From contig CAWFTJ010000004.1 of assembly GCA_963818685.1 (NCBI GenBank), positions 649,304 through 713,303 of the forward strand: a DNA stretch of 64,000 nt, in the 5' to 3' direction. This document shows, piece by piece, positions 48,935 to 59,539 of the stretch (the stretch's first letter is position 1; the number at the start of each line of letters is the position of its first letter). The notes beneath the pieces were generated by a model. The model did not search any database. It worked only from the letters and a program-made list of their open reading frames with translations, and was not told where the DNA came from. The translations under genes were made by a program, and so were the position numbers. This stretch comes from Candidatus Melainabacteria bacterium (lineage in GTDB: Bacteria > Actinomycetota > Actinomycetes > Mycobacteriales > Pseudonocardiaceae).

Positions 48935-49542
48935 TCGAGGCGGAGCAGTCGCCTCGGTCACCCGCGACCCGGGTCGCGCAGGACGCGCTGCTCGATGCGG
49001 CCCGAGCCTGCGTGTTGTCCGTCGGGGTGCGGCGCACCACGCTCACCGACATCGCCCGACGCGCCGGCGTGAGTCGGATGACCGTGTACCGCCGGTTCGC
49101 CGATGTGACCAGCGTGATGGCGGCCCTGATGACCAGGGAGTTCACCGCGCTGCTCGGCGAAGTCGCGAAATCCGCCGCCGTGCAGCCGACCGTGCGCGGC
49201 CAACTCGTGGCCAGCGCGGTCGCCGGGGTGCGGGCGTTGCAGACGAATCCGCTGATGACCAGCGTCCTGGAACGCGACCCCGAACTGCTGCTGCCCTACC
49301 TGTTCGAACGCATCGGCAGTACCCAACGGCTGATCGAGGCCGTGCTGGTCGCCCGGATCGAGGCAGGCCACCGCGACGGCTCGATCCGCCCCGGCGACGC
49401 GGCCGTGCAGGCGCGGGCGATCTTCCTTACCGGCCAGGCGTTCGTGATCTCGCACCAGCCGGCAACCACCGACCTGACCGATGCCGCACTGCTCGCCGAG
49501 TTCGAGACCATCCTCAACCGCGCCCTCACCCCGGAGCCCTGA
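48916..49542 (+). CDS. TetR family transcriptional regulator
   Basis: HTH RRTTLTDIARRAGVSRMTVYRRFADV. Confidence 0.9.
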   Translation: MTSNCHIEAEQSPRSPATRVAQDALLDAARACVLSVGVRRTTLTDIARRAGVSRMTVYRRFADVTSVMAALMTREFTALLGEVAKSAAVQPTVRGQLVASAVAGVRALQTNPLMTSVLERDPELLLPYLFERIGSTQRLIEAVLVARIEAGHRDGSIRPGDAAVQARAIFLTGQAFVISHQPATTDLTDAALLAEFETILNRALTPEP

Positions 49543-51008
49543 TGGACACCACGCTGAACGTCGCGCGGCGGGCGCGGGAACTGGCCGAACTCGCGGACGG
49601 GCGCGTTGTCGACGTACTGGTGGTCGGCGGCGGCATGACCGGTGCCGGCGCAGCCCTTGACGCGGCGTCGCGCGGGCTGTCGGTCGCCTTGATCGAGGCG
49701 CGGGATCTGGCGTTCGGCACGTCCCGGTTCTCCAGCAAGCTGGTGCACGGCGGCCTGCGCTACCTGGCCAACGGCGACGTCGGCATCGCCTACGAGAGCG
49801 CGGTCGAGCGCGGCGTGCTGATGAGCAACGTCGCGCCGCACCTGATCCGCACGTTGCCGCAACTCCTCCCGGTGCACGCCGGGCTTCCCGCGCGCAACGC
49901 GATGCTGGCGCGGATGGGCCTGCATGCCGGGGATCTGCTGCGCCGCGTCGCGCGCACCTCGGCAACGCTGCTGCCGCCGCCGCGCCGGGTGTCGGCCGCC
50001 GAGGCCATCGCACTGGTGCCCGGGTTGCGGCGGGACGGCTTGCGCGGCGGGCTGTTGTCCTTCGACGGGCAACTCGTCGACGACGCGCGACTGGTGGTGA
50101 CGCTGGCGCGTACCGCGGCCGGGTTCGGCGCGCGAATCCTGACCAGGGTGCGCGCCGAGGAACTCGGATCCGACGGCGCGCTGGTGCGCGACTCGGTCAG
50201 CGGGCACGCTTTCCGGTTGGCCGCACGGTCGGTGCTCAACGCGACCGGCGTCTGGGCGGGCGAGTTGGTGGACTCGGTGCGGCTGCGGCCATCGCGCGGA
50301 TCGCATCTCGTCCTGGACGGCATCCGGCTCGGCATCACCGGGACCGCCTTGACCGTGCCGATTCCCGGTTCGCTCAACCGGTTCGCGCTGTTGTTGCCGC
50401 AGCAGGACGGTCGCTGCTACCTCGGCCTTACCGACGAGCCGCTGGACGGTCCGATCCCGGACGTGCCAACGGTTCCCGAGTCGGATGTGGACTTCTTGCT
50501 TGAGGTCGGCTCGTCCGCGCTGGCGCGACCGCTGAGCAGGGCCGACGTGATCGGGCGGTTCGCAGGGCTTCGGCCGCTGGTGGCGTCGGGCAGTGGCAAG
50601 ACAGGCAGTGGGAAGACGGCGGACCTCTCCCGCCGGCACGCGGTGCTGACCGGGCCGAACGGGGTGGTCACGGCGGTGGGCGGGAAGTTGACCACGTACC
50701 GGCGGATGGCGCAGGACGCGATCGACACGGTGGTCACCGCGCGTGGCCTGACCGCCGGAGCATCGCGCACCAGGAACATCAGGCTGATCGACCATCGGTC
50801 CACTGTGGATGTTTTGGAGGACGAACCGCTGCTGCCTGGCGGAACGGTGACCAGGGCCGACGTGCTGCGGGCTGTCCGGCACGAAGGCGCGATGACCGCG
50901 GCGGACGTGCTGGACCGGCGCACCCGGCTCGGCCTCGTCGACGCGGACCGGACGGCCGCGCTGCCGGAGGTGACCGCGCTGGTGGCGAAGTGTCTCGCGG
51001 AGCGGTAG
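49542..51008 (+). CDS. glpD: Glycerol-3-phosphate dehydrogenase (FAD-dependent)
   Basis: DVLVVGGGMTGAGAALDAASRGLSVALIE, FGTSRFSSKLVHGGLRYL and the C-terminal GKLTTYR. The ATG overlaps the TetR stop. Confidence 0.9.
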   Translation: MDTTLNVARRARELAELADGRVVDVLVVGGGMTGAGAALDAASRGLSVALIEARDLAFGTSRFSSKLVHGGLRYLANGDVGIAYESAVERGVLMSNVAPHLIRTLPQLLPVHAGLPARNAMLARMGLHAGDLLRRVARTSATLLPPPRRVSAAEAIALVPGLRRDGLRGGLLSFDGQLVDDARLVVTLARTAAGFGARILTRVRAEELGSDGALVRDSVSGHAFRLAARSVLNATGVWAGELVDSVRLRPSRGSHLVLDGIRLGITGTALTVPIPGSLNRFALLLPQQDGRCYLGLTDEPLDGPIPDVPTVPESDVDFLLEVGSSALARPLSRADVIGRFAGLRPLVASGSGKTGSGKTADLSRRHAVLTGPNGVVTAVGGKLTTYRRMAQDAIDTVVTARGLTAGASRTRNIRLIDHRSTVDVLEDEPLLPGGTVTRADVLRAVRHEGAMTAADVLDRRTRLGLVDADRTAALPEVTALVAKCLAER

Positions 51009-51042
51009 TCGTTATCCTTGCCGTGACGCGGAGGAGGCACGA

Positions 51043-51951
51043 GTGGCGCACGCCGCACTGGACATCGACCGGATCAGCAAGCGTTACGGCGACCTCACCG
51101 CGCTGCGCGAGCTGAGCCTGCGGGTCGATGCCGGTGAGCTGGTCGGTTTGGTCGGCGGCGCAGGCGCCGGCAAGACCACCGCCATCCGAATCACCGCGGG
51201 CGTGCTGCCCGCCGACTCGGGCACGGTGCGCTGGCGCGAGCTGCCGATCAGCATCCGCAGGCGCGACGGGGTCGGGTACCTGCCGGCGCAGCGCGGGCTC
51301 TATCCACAGCTTCGTCTTGTCGAACAGTTGGTGTATCTGGGTGAACTGCACGGGCTGCCGATCAACGACGCGCATCGCGAGGCCGAACACTGGCTTGATC
51401 GGTTCGGCATGCGCGGGTTGCGCTCGCGGCGGATCAACACCCTGTCGCCGGCCGACCAACAACGCGCCCAGTTGGCGATCGCGCTGATGCCCGACCCGCA
51501 AGTCCTGGTTTTCGACCAGCCGTTCACCGATCTGGACCGGATCGGCATCGACGTGTTGAGCAACGTGTTGCGGGAGAAGGCGAACACCGGCGCGGCAGTG
51601 TTGTTCTCCTGTGCCGACTTCGACATCGCGGAACGCATCTGCGACCGGATCTGCATACTCCACAATGGACAACCGATTTCCGTTGGCACGCCTGCCGAAC
51701 TGCGCACCGGTTACCTGGACACAGTCACTGTGGACGCTCCGGACGCGCCGCCCGGTTGGGCGGACAACCTGCCCGGCACGCGGGTGCGCGCGGTCACCGG
51801 GTCGCGGATCGTGCTGGAGATCGACGCCGACGCGGACGACCAGGTCATCCTGGCGACCGCGCTGAGCACCGGAACGGTCCGCGAGTTCAGCAGGCAACAA
51901 TGCTCCCTGGCGGAGCGGTTCGGCGACCTGCTCGGAGGGCGGACGAGGTGA
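51043..51951 (+). CDS. ABC transporter ATP-binding protein
   Basis: Walker A GGAGAGKTT, signature-like LSPADQQRAQLA, Walker B VLVFDQP. Confidence 0.9.
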   Translation: MAHAALDIDRISKRYGDLTALRELSLRVDAGELVGLVGGAGAGKTTAIRITAGVLPADSGTVRWRELPISIRRRDGVGYLPAQRGLYPQLRLVEQLVYLGELHGLPINDAHREAEHWLDRFGMRGLRSRRINTLSPADQQRAQLAIALMPDPQVLVFDQPFTDLDRIGIDVLSNVLREKANTGAAVLFSCADFDIAERICDRICILHNGQPISVGTPAELRTGYLDTVTVDAPDAPPGWADNLPGTRVRAVTGSRIVLEIDADADDQVILATALSTGTVREFSRQQCSLAERFGDLLGGRTR

Positions 51952-53135
51952 CCCAGCCCAGCACGATCGGAGGGGTCTGGTGCCTTGCCAGGGGCGAGAT
52001 GCGGGCTCGGCTGCGCGGTCGCTCGCTGCTGCTCGGCACGGCAGCCGGCATCCTGGCGCTCGCCGCGTACCTGCTCATCCAGGGCCTTGTGGTGAACAGG
52101 ACCGACACCGAGACCGTCGGCCTGTCCGGCCAGGCCACCGTGCTCACCAAGACGCTACAGACGGCAACATCACAACTGGGCCTCACGGTGAACGTGACGA
52201 CCGTGACCGACCAGGACACCGGCTTCGGGCAGGTGCGCTCCGGCAGCCTGACCGCGTTGGTCACCGGTCCGCCCGGCGCGTTGCAGGTGACCGTGCGCGA
52301 CCAGCTCGACCCGAGGCTGCGCGCGGCCCTGACCGGCTTGGTCCAGGCGCAGGCGCTGGACGCGCAACTGGCCGAGGCCGGCCTGAAACCCGCCGATGTC
52401 AAGGCGGCCGTCGGCAGGGCACGATTGCGGGTCAGTCAGCTCGAAGTGGCCGATCCGCTGCGCGCGCAACGCCTCGGCCTCGCGATAGCTATGGCCGTGC
52501 TGGTCTACTTCTCGTTGCTGCTGCTGGGCAATCTGCTCGCCCGAGGCGTGGTGACCGAACGCGCCAACCGGATCACCGAGGTGCTGCTCTCCGCTGCGCG
52601 GCCCGGCCAACTCCTCGCCGGCAAGGTGCTCGGCCTCGGCCTGCTCGGCTTCGTCCAACTGGCCGTCGTCGGCCTGGTCGGCCTCGCCATCGCCGCCGGC
52701 ACCGGCGTACTCACCGCAGGCGGCCTCGGTTTCGGCACGCTCGGCGCCGGCCTGCTCTGGTACCTGCTCGGCTTCGCCTTCTACGCAACCCTGTTCGCCG
52801 GCATCGGCGCGCTGGTAGCCAGGGTCGAGGAACTCCAGTCGGTGCTCACGCCAATCGTGCTGACCGCGTCGGTCGGCTTCGTGGTCGGCATCGACCTGCT
52901 GGTCCAGGCCCCGACCGGCGCCGCGAGCACCATCGTCTCGCTGCTCCCGCCGTTCGCCCCGTTCCTCATGCCCGGCCGCATCGCCCTCGGTGCGGCCGCC
53001 ACCTGGCAGGTCGTGCTCGCCATACTCCTGATGCTCGCCGCCATCGTCATCGTGATCAGCTACTGCGGCCGCACCTACGCCGCCGCCATCCGCACCATCG
53101 GCGCCCGAGTCACCCTGCGAGACGCCCTGCTATAA
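51948..53135 (+). CDS. ABC-2 type transporter permease
   Basis: The GTG overlaps the ATPase stop (GTGA). One N-terminal TM helix, a large extracytoplasmic loop, then five C-terminal TM helices (NatB-like topology). Confidence 0.8.
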   Translation: MTQPSTIGGVWCLARGEMRARLRGRSLLLGTAAGILALAAYLLIQGLVVNRTDTETVGLSGQATVLTKTLQTATSQLGLTVNVTTVTDQDTGFGQVRSGSLTALVTGPPGALQVTVRDQLDPRLRAALTGLVQAQALDAQLAEAGLKPADVKAAVGRARLRVSQLEVADPLRAQRLGLAIAMAVLVYFSLLLLGNLLARGVVTERANRITEVLLSAARPGQLLAGKVLGLGLLGFVQLAVVGLVGLAIAAGTGVLTAGGLGFGTLGAGLLWYLLGFAFYATLFAGIGALVARVEELQSVLTPIVLTASVGFVVGIDLLVQAPTGAASTIVSLLPPFAPFLMPGRIALGAAATWQVVLAILLMLAAIVIVISYCGRTYAAAIRTIGARVTLRDALL

Positions 53136-53138
53136 CTG

Positions 53139-53171
53139 ATCGGCCGGTGCCACGAGGTGACACCGGCCGAT
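53139..53171. terminator. Bidirectional stem-loop between the convergent permease and citrate synthase genes
   Basis: Perfect 11-bp stem, ATCGGCCGGTG (53139-53149) and CACCGGCCGAT (53161-53171), with an 11-nt loop. Confidence 0.65.
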
Positions 53172-53193
53172 GTGGACGATCAGCAGCGGACGA

Positions 53194-54501
53194 TCAGCGG
53201 GACTCGATCGGGGTGAAGTCGCGCTCGGCGGGGCCGACGTAGAGCTGGCGCGGGCGGCCGATCTTGGTGGCCGGGTCCTTGACCATCTCGCGCCAGTGCG
53301 CGATCCAGCCGGGCAGCCTGCCGATGGCGAACAGGACGGTGAACATCCTGGTCGGGAAGCCCATGGCGCGGTAGATCAGGCCGGTGTAGAAGTCGACGTT
53401 CGGGTAGAGCTTGCGCTCGATGAAGTAGTCGTCGGACAGCGCGCGCTCTTCCAGTTTCATGGCGATCTCCAGCAGGTGGTCGTCGCCGCCGAGCTTCTTG
53501 AGGATCTCGTCTGCGGTGCGCTTGATGATCTTGGCCCTCGGGTCGTAGTTCTTGTAGACCCGGTGGCCGAAGCCCATCAGGCGGACGCCCTCCTCCTTGT
53601 TCTTCACCTTGTTCACGAACGCGTCGACGTTACCGCCGGAGCGCTGGATGTCCTGCAACATCTCCAGCACCGCGCTGTTCGCGCCGCCGTGCAGCGGGCC
53701 GAACAGGGCGTTGATGCCGGCGGAGATGCTCGCGAACAGGTTCGCCTCGGACGAGCCGACCAGGCGCACCGTCGACGTCGAGCAGTTCTGCTCATGATCG
53801 GCGTGCAGGATGAACAGCAGGTCGAGGGCCTTGGCGAGCGCCGGGTCGACCTCGTAGGGCTCGGCAGGCAGGCCGAAGGTCATCCGCAGGAAGTTCTCGA
53901 CGAGGCCGAGCGAGTTGTCCGGGTAGAGGAACGGCTGGCCGACCGACTTCTTGTAGGCGTACGCGGCCAGCGTCGGCACCTTGGCCAGCAGCCGGATGGT
54001 GGACAGCTCCACGTTGGGCTCGTCGAACGGATTCAGGCTGTCCTGGTAGAAAGTGGACAGTGCGGACACCGCTGAGGACAGCACCGGCATCGGGTGCGCG
54101 TCGCGCGGGAAGCCGCCGAAGAATCCCTTGAGGTCCTCGTGCAGCAGGGTGTGCCTGTTGATCTTCTCGGTGAAGTCGGCGAGCTGCGCCTCGGTCGGCA
54201 GTTGGCCGTAGATCAGCAGGTAGCTGACCTCGATGAAGCTCGATCGTTCCGCTAGTTGCTCGATCGGGTAGCCGCGGTAGCGCAGAATGCCGGCACCGCC
54301 GTCGATGTAGGTGATCTCCGACGAGCAGGAAGCCGTGTTCACGAAGCCGGGATCGATCGTCACCAGGCCGGTGGTGGACAGCAGCTTCGTCACGTCGACT
54401 CCCGGGGACCCCTCCGTGACGGGTCTGACCGGAAGCTCCAACTCGCCGCCTGGATGGCGCAGCACAACGGTCTGAGTGCCGGCGGAGGTCGCGTCGGGCA
54501 T
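53194..54501 (-). CDS. gltA: Citrate synthase (type II)
   Basis: [33 protein letters not shown] and [14 protein letters not shown]. Start at ATG 54501 behind GAAAGAGG. Confidence 0.93.
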   Translation of the reverse strand: MPDATSAGTQTVVLRHPGGELELPVRPVTEGSPGVDVTKLLSTTGLVTIDPGFVNTASCSSEITYIDGGAGILRYRGYPIEQLAERSSFIEVSYLLIYGQLPTEAQLADFTEKINRHTLLHEDLKGFFGGFPRDAHPMPVLSSAVSALSTFYQDSLNPFDEPNVELSTIRLLAKVPTLAAYAYKKSVGQPFLYPDNSLGLVENFLRMTFGLPAEPYEVDPALAKALDLLFILHADHEQNCSTSTVRLVGSSEANLFASISAGINALFGPLHGGANSAVLEMLQDIQRSGGNVDAFVNKVKNKEEGVRLMGFGHRVYKNYDPRAKIIKRTADEILKKLGGDDHLLEIAMKLEERALSDDYFIERKLYPNVDFYTGLIYRAMGFPTRMFTVLFAIGRLPGWIAHWREMVKDPATKIGRPRQLYVGPAERDFTPIESR

Positions 54502-54764
54502 TCGAGCCTCTTTCACGCTCGGACGAGGCGGGCCTGGGTAGGGCGAGAAGGCAAACCGAATCGGTGAAGTGACCGATCCAGTCCGACCACCGCGAATGAC
54601 CACTCGGTCGGGGTGACCGACCGCAGCACCGCCCCGTTGGGGTCTGAGTCGGTTCTAACGTTAGTGGCAAATACACGTCTCGCCCACCCGGACGACACGT
54701 CAAGTCCCCCACATGGGACATCCATCACACGAGCTTGCTCTCCGGAATTGGCCGCCGACAAATG

Positions 54765-55715
54765 CTAGGCGATTTCCGCTGCATAAGGCGGTTCGGCGCC
54801 GACTCGGGAAACGGTGATTGCCGCGGCTTTCGCGGCATAACCGAGCGCGTCCTGCCAGGCGCCCGCGTCGAGTTCACGCAGCGTGGCGATGCTCGTCACG
54901 CCATGCCCGGTCAGCCAGGCCAGCAGCGCGGCATGGACCGTGTCCCCCGCTCCGATGGTGTCCGCGACCACGGTCGGCGCGGCCGGCACGTCCACCCGGC
55001 CGATCGTCTCGCTGAACACGGTCAGTCCGGCTCCGCCCCTGGTCAGTGCGACCGCGCCGACACCGGCGCGCAGCCATTCCTTGACCAGCGGGAGCACGTC
55101 GGTCCCGTCCGGCGCCTGCGCCAGCCACGAGGCGTCCTCGATCGACGCCTTGAGCAGGCCGACGGAGGGCAACCAGGAGGCGAACCTGGCCCGGTAGGCG
55201 CGGGGGTCGGCGATCAGGCCGGGCCGGATGTTCGGGTCGAGCACGGTCAGCCGACCCGCGGCGGCCTCCCGGTGCAGCATGGTCTCGTAGACGGTCGCGC
55301 CCGGGTCGAGCACCATGCCGAGCGTGCCGAGCGAGAGCACGCTCACGTCCTCCGGCAGTGGGCCGGGGTCGGCGACCAGGCGGTCGGCGGTGCCCTGGAC
55401 GTGGAAGGTGTAGCGGGCCGAGCCGTCGTCGGTGAGCGTGACGACCGCGAGCGTGGTCGGCTCAGGGCCGCGTTGCAGCAGGTCAAGCCGTACGCCCGCG
55501 GCGAGTAGCCGGTCGACGAGCGCGTCGCCGAACGCGTCGGTGGAGATCCTGGACAGGAACCGCACCGGCGCGCCGAGCCTGCCAACCGCGACCGCGGTGG
55601 TGTACGGGCCGCCGCCGAGCCGGGGCAGCAACGGCCGCAGCGCACCGGTCCGGCCGGGCTCCTCTGCCGGTGCGGGGACCAGATCCACCAATGCCTCGCC
55701 GCCGACCACGATCAC
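54765..55715 (-). CDS. PfkB family carbohydrate kinase
   Basis: N-terminal GGEALVDL...[15 protein letters not shown] and C-terminal [14 protein letters not shown] (PfkB signature 2). Confidence 0.85.
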   Translation of the reverse strand: MIVVGGEALVDLVPAPAEEPGRTGALRPLLPRLGGGPYTTAVAVGRLGAPVRFLSRISTDAFGDALVDRLLAAGVRLDLLQRGPEPTTLAVVTLTDDGSARYTFHVQGTADRLVADPGPLPEDVSVLSLGTLGMVLDPGATVYETMLHREAAAGRLTVLDPNIRPGLIADPRAYRARFASWLPSVGLLKASIEDASWLAQAPDGTDVLPLVKEWLRAGVGAVALTRGGAGLTVFSETIGRVDVPAAPTVVADTIGAGDTVHAALLAWLTGHGVTSIATLRELDAGAWQDALGYAAKAAAITVSRVGAEPPYAAEIA

Positions 55716-55847
55716 CGCGCACCTCGTTCGTTGCGTTCGTTTGCGTTCGTTTGCCTCGTTCAGGTTTCGACCGGCACGAATCTACCCACCGCGCGGTCCG
55801 GGTTTTGTACCGTAGGACGTCCGACCGTACGGCTGCTGGAGGATCTG

Positions 55848-56993
55848 ATGCCGGCTGAGCGGAATCTGCCGTCCGCGGATGCGGAGGACCTGATCGCGCT
55901 GGTGCGCGAGATCGCGACCGAGGAGTTGACTCCGGTCGCTTCGGAGTACGAGGAGGCGGGCCGCTTCCCGCGCGAGAAGTTCCGGTTACTCGGCAAGAGC
56001 GGCCTGCTCGGCCTGCCCTATCCGGAGGACGTCGGCGGCGGCGGGATGTCCTACGAGGTGTACCTCCAGGTCGTCGAGGAGCTGGCCACCGCGTGGATGA
56101 CCATCGGCGAGGGCCTGTCCGTGCACACCATGTCCTGCTACGCGCTGGCCAACTTCGGCACGGACGCGCAGCGCGCACGCTGGCTGCCGGACATGCTCGG
56201 CGGCGGGTTGCTCGGCGCGTACGCGCTGTCCGAGGCGCACGCCGGGTCCGACCCGGCCTCGATGCGCACGCGCGCGGTGCGGGAGGGCGACTCCTACGTC
56301 GTCAACGGCAGCAAGGCGTGGATAACGCATGCCGGGGTCGCGGACTTCTACACGATGATGGTGCGCACCTGCGATGAGCCGAGCGGCCACATCAGCTGCC
56401 TGCTCGTCGACGCCGCGACACCGGGCCTCTCCTCGGCAAGGCCGGAGCGGACCATGGGCCTGACCGGCTCGGTCGTTGCCCAGCTGCACCTTGAGGACGC
56501 CCGGGTGGACGCGGACCGGTTGATCTCCAGCGAGGGCGCGGGGCTGCGCATCGGGCTGGAGGCGCTGAACTCGGGCCGGTTGGGCATCGCGGCCTGCGCT
56601 GTCGGGCTCGCGCAGGCCGCGTTGGACGAGGCCGTGCGCTACGCCAAGCAGCGCACCCAGTTCGGCAAGCCGATCATCGACTTCCAGGGCCTTGAGTTCC
56701 TGCTCGCGGACATGGCCGCCGCCGTGGAATCGTCGAGGGCGACCTACCTGGAGGCGGCCCGGCGCAGGGACCGGGGATTGCCGTTCCGCAAGCAGGCGTC
56801 CATCGCCAAGCTGATCGCGACCGACAACGCGATGAAGGTGACCACCGACGCGGTGCAGGTCCTCGGCGGTGCCGGTTACACAAGGGACTTCCCTGTCGAG
56901 CGGTACCTGCGCGAGGCCAAGGTGCCGCAGATCTTCGAGGGCACCAACCAGATCCAGCGCATGGTGATCGCGAGGGAGCTGCGTAGGAGCTGA
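55848..56993 (+). CDS. Acyl-CoA dehydrogenase
   Basis: [29 protein letters not shown] and [38 protein letters not shown] 55848 lies behind GGAGGA. Confidence 0.92.
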   Translation: MPAERNLPSADAEDLIALVREIATEELTPVASEYEEAGRFPREKFRLLGKSGLLGLPYPEDVGGGGMSYEVYLQVVEELATAWMTIGEGLSVHTMSCYALANFGTDAQRARWLPDMLGGGLLGAYALSEAHAGSDPASMRTRAVREGDSYVVNGSKAWITHAGVADFYTMMVRTCDEPSGHISCLLVDAATPGLSSARPERTMGLTGSVVAQLHLEDARVDADRLISSEGAGLRIGLEALNSGRLGIAACAVGLAQAALDEAVRYAKQRTQFGKPIIDFQGLEFLLADMAAAVESSRATYLEAARRRDRGLPFRKQASIAKLIATDNAMKVTTDAVQVLGGAGYTRDFPVERYLREAKVPQIFEGTNQIQRMVIARELRRS

Positions 56994-57036
56994 CCCGGTG
57001 AAACCCGCCGGCTTCACCGGGTGGGCGGAAAAACCC

Positions 57037-57939
57037 TCAGCTCAACGGCAGGAAACCCCAGCGGCCCGACCAGGACTCGCTGGGAGCGAGGGTGATCAGG
57101 TCGTCGCCGGAGTTCAGCGCGTTCGGCGGACACGTCATCGGTTCCACCGCGACGACACCGTCGCCTCGGCCGGGGAACTCGGACGGGGTGAACACCTGCA
57201 CCCAGCGGAAGGTCGGGTCGGCCCAGAGTTCGACACCACCTTGCTCGCTGGTCAGCCGGTGGTGGATCAGGCCGTCCTGACCGGGGAGGCATTCGCCGAA
57301 CGGTTGGTCGAGGTTGACCCCGGCGAGCGAGCGCGCGGTGCGGAAGTCGTACTCGGTGCCCTCGACCGGCTTGGCCGGCCCGGTCGGCATCATGGTGTTC
57401 GGGTCCAACGGAAGCACCGTGTTCGCGGACAGTTGTAGTTCGCTCTCCGCCCGATTCGCGTTGCCGGCCCTCGGGTAGGGGTGCGTGCCGACGCCGAACG
57501 GCACCGCTGCCTCGCCGATGTTGCGCACCGAGTGTGTGACGGTAAGGCCGCGTTCGTCCAACGCGTAGTCGATGGTGGTGTGCAGCGCGACCGGCCAGCC
57601 CTGCTGCACCGGAATGTCGGTGGCCAGCATGATCCGGGCCGACGACTGCTGCACGACCTCCCAGACGTGGTCGCGGACCAGGCCGTGGATGGCGTGGCCG
57701 CGACCGGGCTCGTTGACGGGCAGGTGCTGCTCGGCGCCGTCCCAGCGCCACACGCCATGGTCGATCCGGTTCGGCCAGGGCACCAGCACGCTGCCGGCAC
57801 CCAGCGGCGGCTCCTCACCCTCGGCGAAGGTTTCCAGGTAGGGCACGCCGGCCACCTCGAAGACACGCAGGCCGGCGCCGATCCTCGTGATCACGGCGCG
57901 ACTTTGGCCCGAGGTGATCTCGTAGTCCGCGGTTGTCAT
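57037..57939 (-). CDS. Aldose 1-epimerase family protein
   Basis: LVPWPNRIDHG..., HAIHGLV and GTHPY patterns of the mutarotase fold. Confidence 0.85.
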   Translation of the reverse strand: MTTADYEITSGQSRAVITRIGAGLRVFEVAGVPYLETFAEGEEPPLGAGSVLVPWPNRIDHGVWRWDGAEQHLPVNEPGRGHAIHGLVRDHVWEVVQQSSARIMLATDIPVQQGWPVALHTTIDYALDERGLTVTHSVRNIGEAAVPFGVGTHPYPRAGNANRAESELQLSANTVLPLDPNTMMPTGPAKPVEGTEYDFRTARSLAGVNLDQPFGECLPGQDGLIHHRLTSEQGGVELWADPTFRWVQVFTPSEFPGRGDGVVAVEPMTCPPNALNSGDDLITLAPSESWSGRWGFLPLS

Positions 57940-57965
57940 GGCGGCAGCCTAACGCCGAGCAGTGA

Positions 57966-58610
57966 TCAGCCTGCGTCCACGAGCTTCGCGAACTCGATCA
58001 CCTGGCTCTGCTGCACGTCGCCGACCACGGTGACGTCATTGGCGGCGACTCCGGAGGAGAGCTGCTTGGCCGCGAACACCACGGCGCCGGTCGAACCGTC
58101 GGACGCGGAGATGGTGCAGTAGAACGCGGCGTCGGCACTTCCGATCCCGGACAACGACTGCACGTTGGCCGCGTGCGCGGCGGTGGTGAGCTGCTGCTGG
58201 GCGTTCTGCAGGACGGTGTTCACGGTCGCGGTGGCCACGCCCGAGTAGTCGAACGCGACCACGTTGATCACCACCTGGTTCGTCCCTGAGCCTGCGGTGA
58301 TGTCGCAGCTCACCGCCGTCACGCCGGAGTTGCTGTGCTCGGGGCCGGTGGCGACCTTCGCACCGGCCACCCCGAACGCCTGCTGGACCATGGCCGGCTT
58401 GATGGTGGCGCAGAACCGGTCTGCCGCGGTGCTGCCACCGCCGCCCGACTGGCTGGGTGTGGTGGTGGGCCCGGTGGTGGGCGCTGCGGTGGTGGGCGTT
58501 GACCCGGCCCGCGGCGTGCCGCCGATCTCCTTCGCGCACCCGGCGATGCTCATCGTGGCGAGCATCGCGCCGACACCAAGACCAACGGCGATCGTGCGGC
58601 TACGCGACAT
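57966..58610 (-). CDS. Putative lipoprotein (214 aa)
   Basis: Signal plus lipobox MSRSRTIAVGLGVGAMLATMSIAGC, a Thr/Pro-rich linker, and a Cys-containing globular domain. The upstream 115 codons of the ORF-track entry are Arg-rich and judged non-coding. Confidence 0.7.
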   Translation of the reverse strand: MSRSRTIAVGLGVGAMLATMSIAGCAKEIGGTPRAGSTPTTAAPTTGPTTTPSQSGGGGSTAADRFCATIKPAMVQQAFGVAGAKVATGPEHSNSGVTAVSCDITAGSGTNQVVINVVAFDYSGVATATVNTVLQNAQQQLTTAAHAANVQSLSGIGSADAAFYCTISASDGSTGAVVFAAKQLSSGVAANDVTVVGDVQQSQVIEFAKLVDAG

Positions 58611-58647
58611 GAGCCCAGTAGACACCACGTATCGCGGGCGAAGCCGA

Positions 58648-59316
58648 TCAGGGGGCCAGGCGGCGTACTCGCCAGTCGTCGCCGGCGAGCTCGAACACCA
58701 GCCGGTCGTGCATGCGGTCACGCCTGCCCTGCCAGAACTCCACCGTCTGCGGGCGGATCCGCCAACCGCCCCAGTGCGGCGGCACCGGGATCTCGTCGGT
58801 GTTCGCGAACTGCCGGTTGATGTTGGCCAGCGCGCTGTCCAGAGTAGAACGGCCGTTGACCGCCCTTGACTGCGGCGATGCCCACGCGCCCAACTGCGAG
58901 CCGCGCGGCCTGCTCGCCCAGTAGGCCGCGGTCTCCGCCTGGCTGACCTTCTCAACGACGCCGCGCACGTGTGCCTGGCGTTGCATGGCGAACCAGGGGA
59001 AGGTGGCCGACGCGAACCGGGTGGAAATCAGGTCGTGGCTCTTGTTGGAGGTGTAGTTCGTGTAGAACACCACGCCACGCTCGTCAAGGCCCTTGCACAG
59101 GACGGTCCGGGAGGACGGGCGACCCTCGGGGTCCGCGGTCGCCAACACCATCGCGTTCGGTTCCGGCAGGCTGGCCCTTGTCGCCTCGTCGAGCCACTGC
59201 TGGAGCTGCTCGAACCAGGTGCGCCGCAGCGAGCCCTCGTCGAGCACCCCTTCCTCGTAGGAGACCCGCATCGCGGGGAGTTCGAGTGCGATATCGGTCT
59301 GGGACATCCCGATCAC
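58648..59316 (-). CDS. pdxH: Pyridoxamine 5'-phosphate oxidase
   Basis: RTVLCKGLDERGVVFYTNYTSNKS, and the C-terminal EFWQGRRDRMHDRLVF...W.RRLAP. Confidence 0.9.
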   Translation of the reverse strand: MIGMSQTDIALELPAMRVSYEEGVLDEGSLRRTWFEQLQQWLDEATRASLPEPNAMVLATADPEGRPSSRTVLCKGLDERGVVFYTNYTSNKSHDLISTRFASATFPWFAMQRQAHVRGVVEKVSQAETAAYWASRPRGSQLGAWASPQSRAVNGRSTLDSALANINRQFANTDEIPVPPHWGGWRIRPQTVEFWQGRRDRMHDRLVFELAGDDWRVRRLAP

Positions 59317-59539
59317 CTTCCGGCCTGTCGGACCCGTTGTGCGGGGTTGTTGGCGGCTGGTTTGCGCGGCTGGTTAGCGGAGGGTCGGTGGAATTCACCG
59401 GTAATGAGTTGACGCTACGGGTTAACCGGCGTTCGCGAAACCGCCCGAGCGGTGATCCGGGCCACCGAGGTGGAGTACTTTTCGCGAGGTCAGTCACTGG
59501 ATCGAGCTCGGGATCGAATCAGAAAGGTTTACTTGCGCG

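Noticed and set aside
47221-50882. 439-aa and 528-aa minus-strand ORFs and the 826-aa plus-strand ORF starting at 48528
   Set aside because: These are alternative-frame or antisense shadows of the FAD-oxidase, TetR and GlpD genes. GlpD clearly starts at ATG 49542, where the GGGMTGAG FAD-binding motif begins, and not at 48528.
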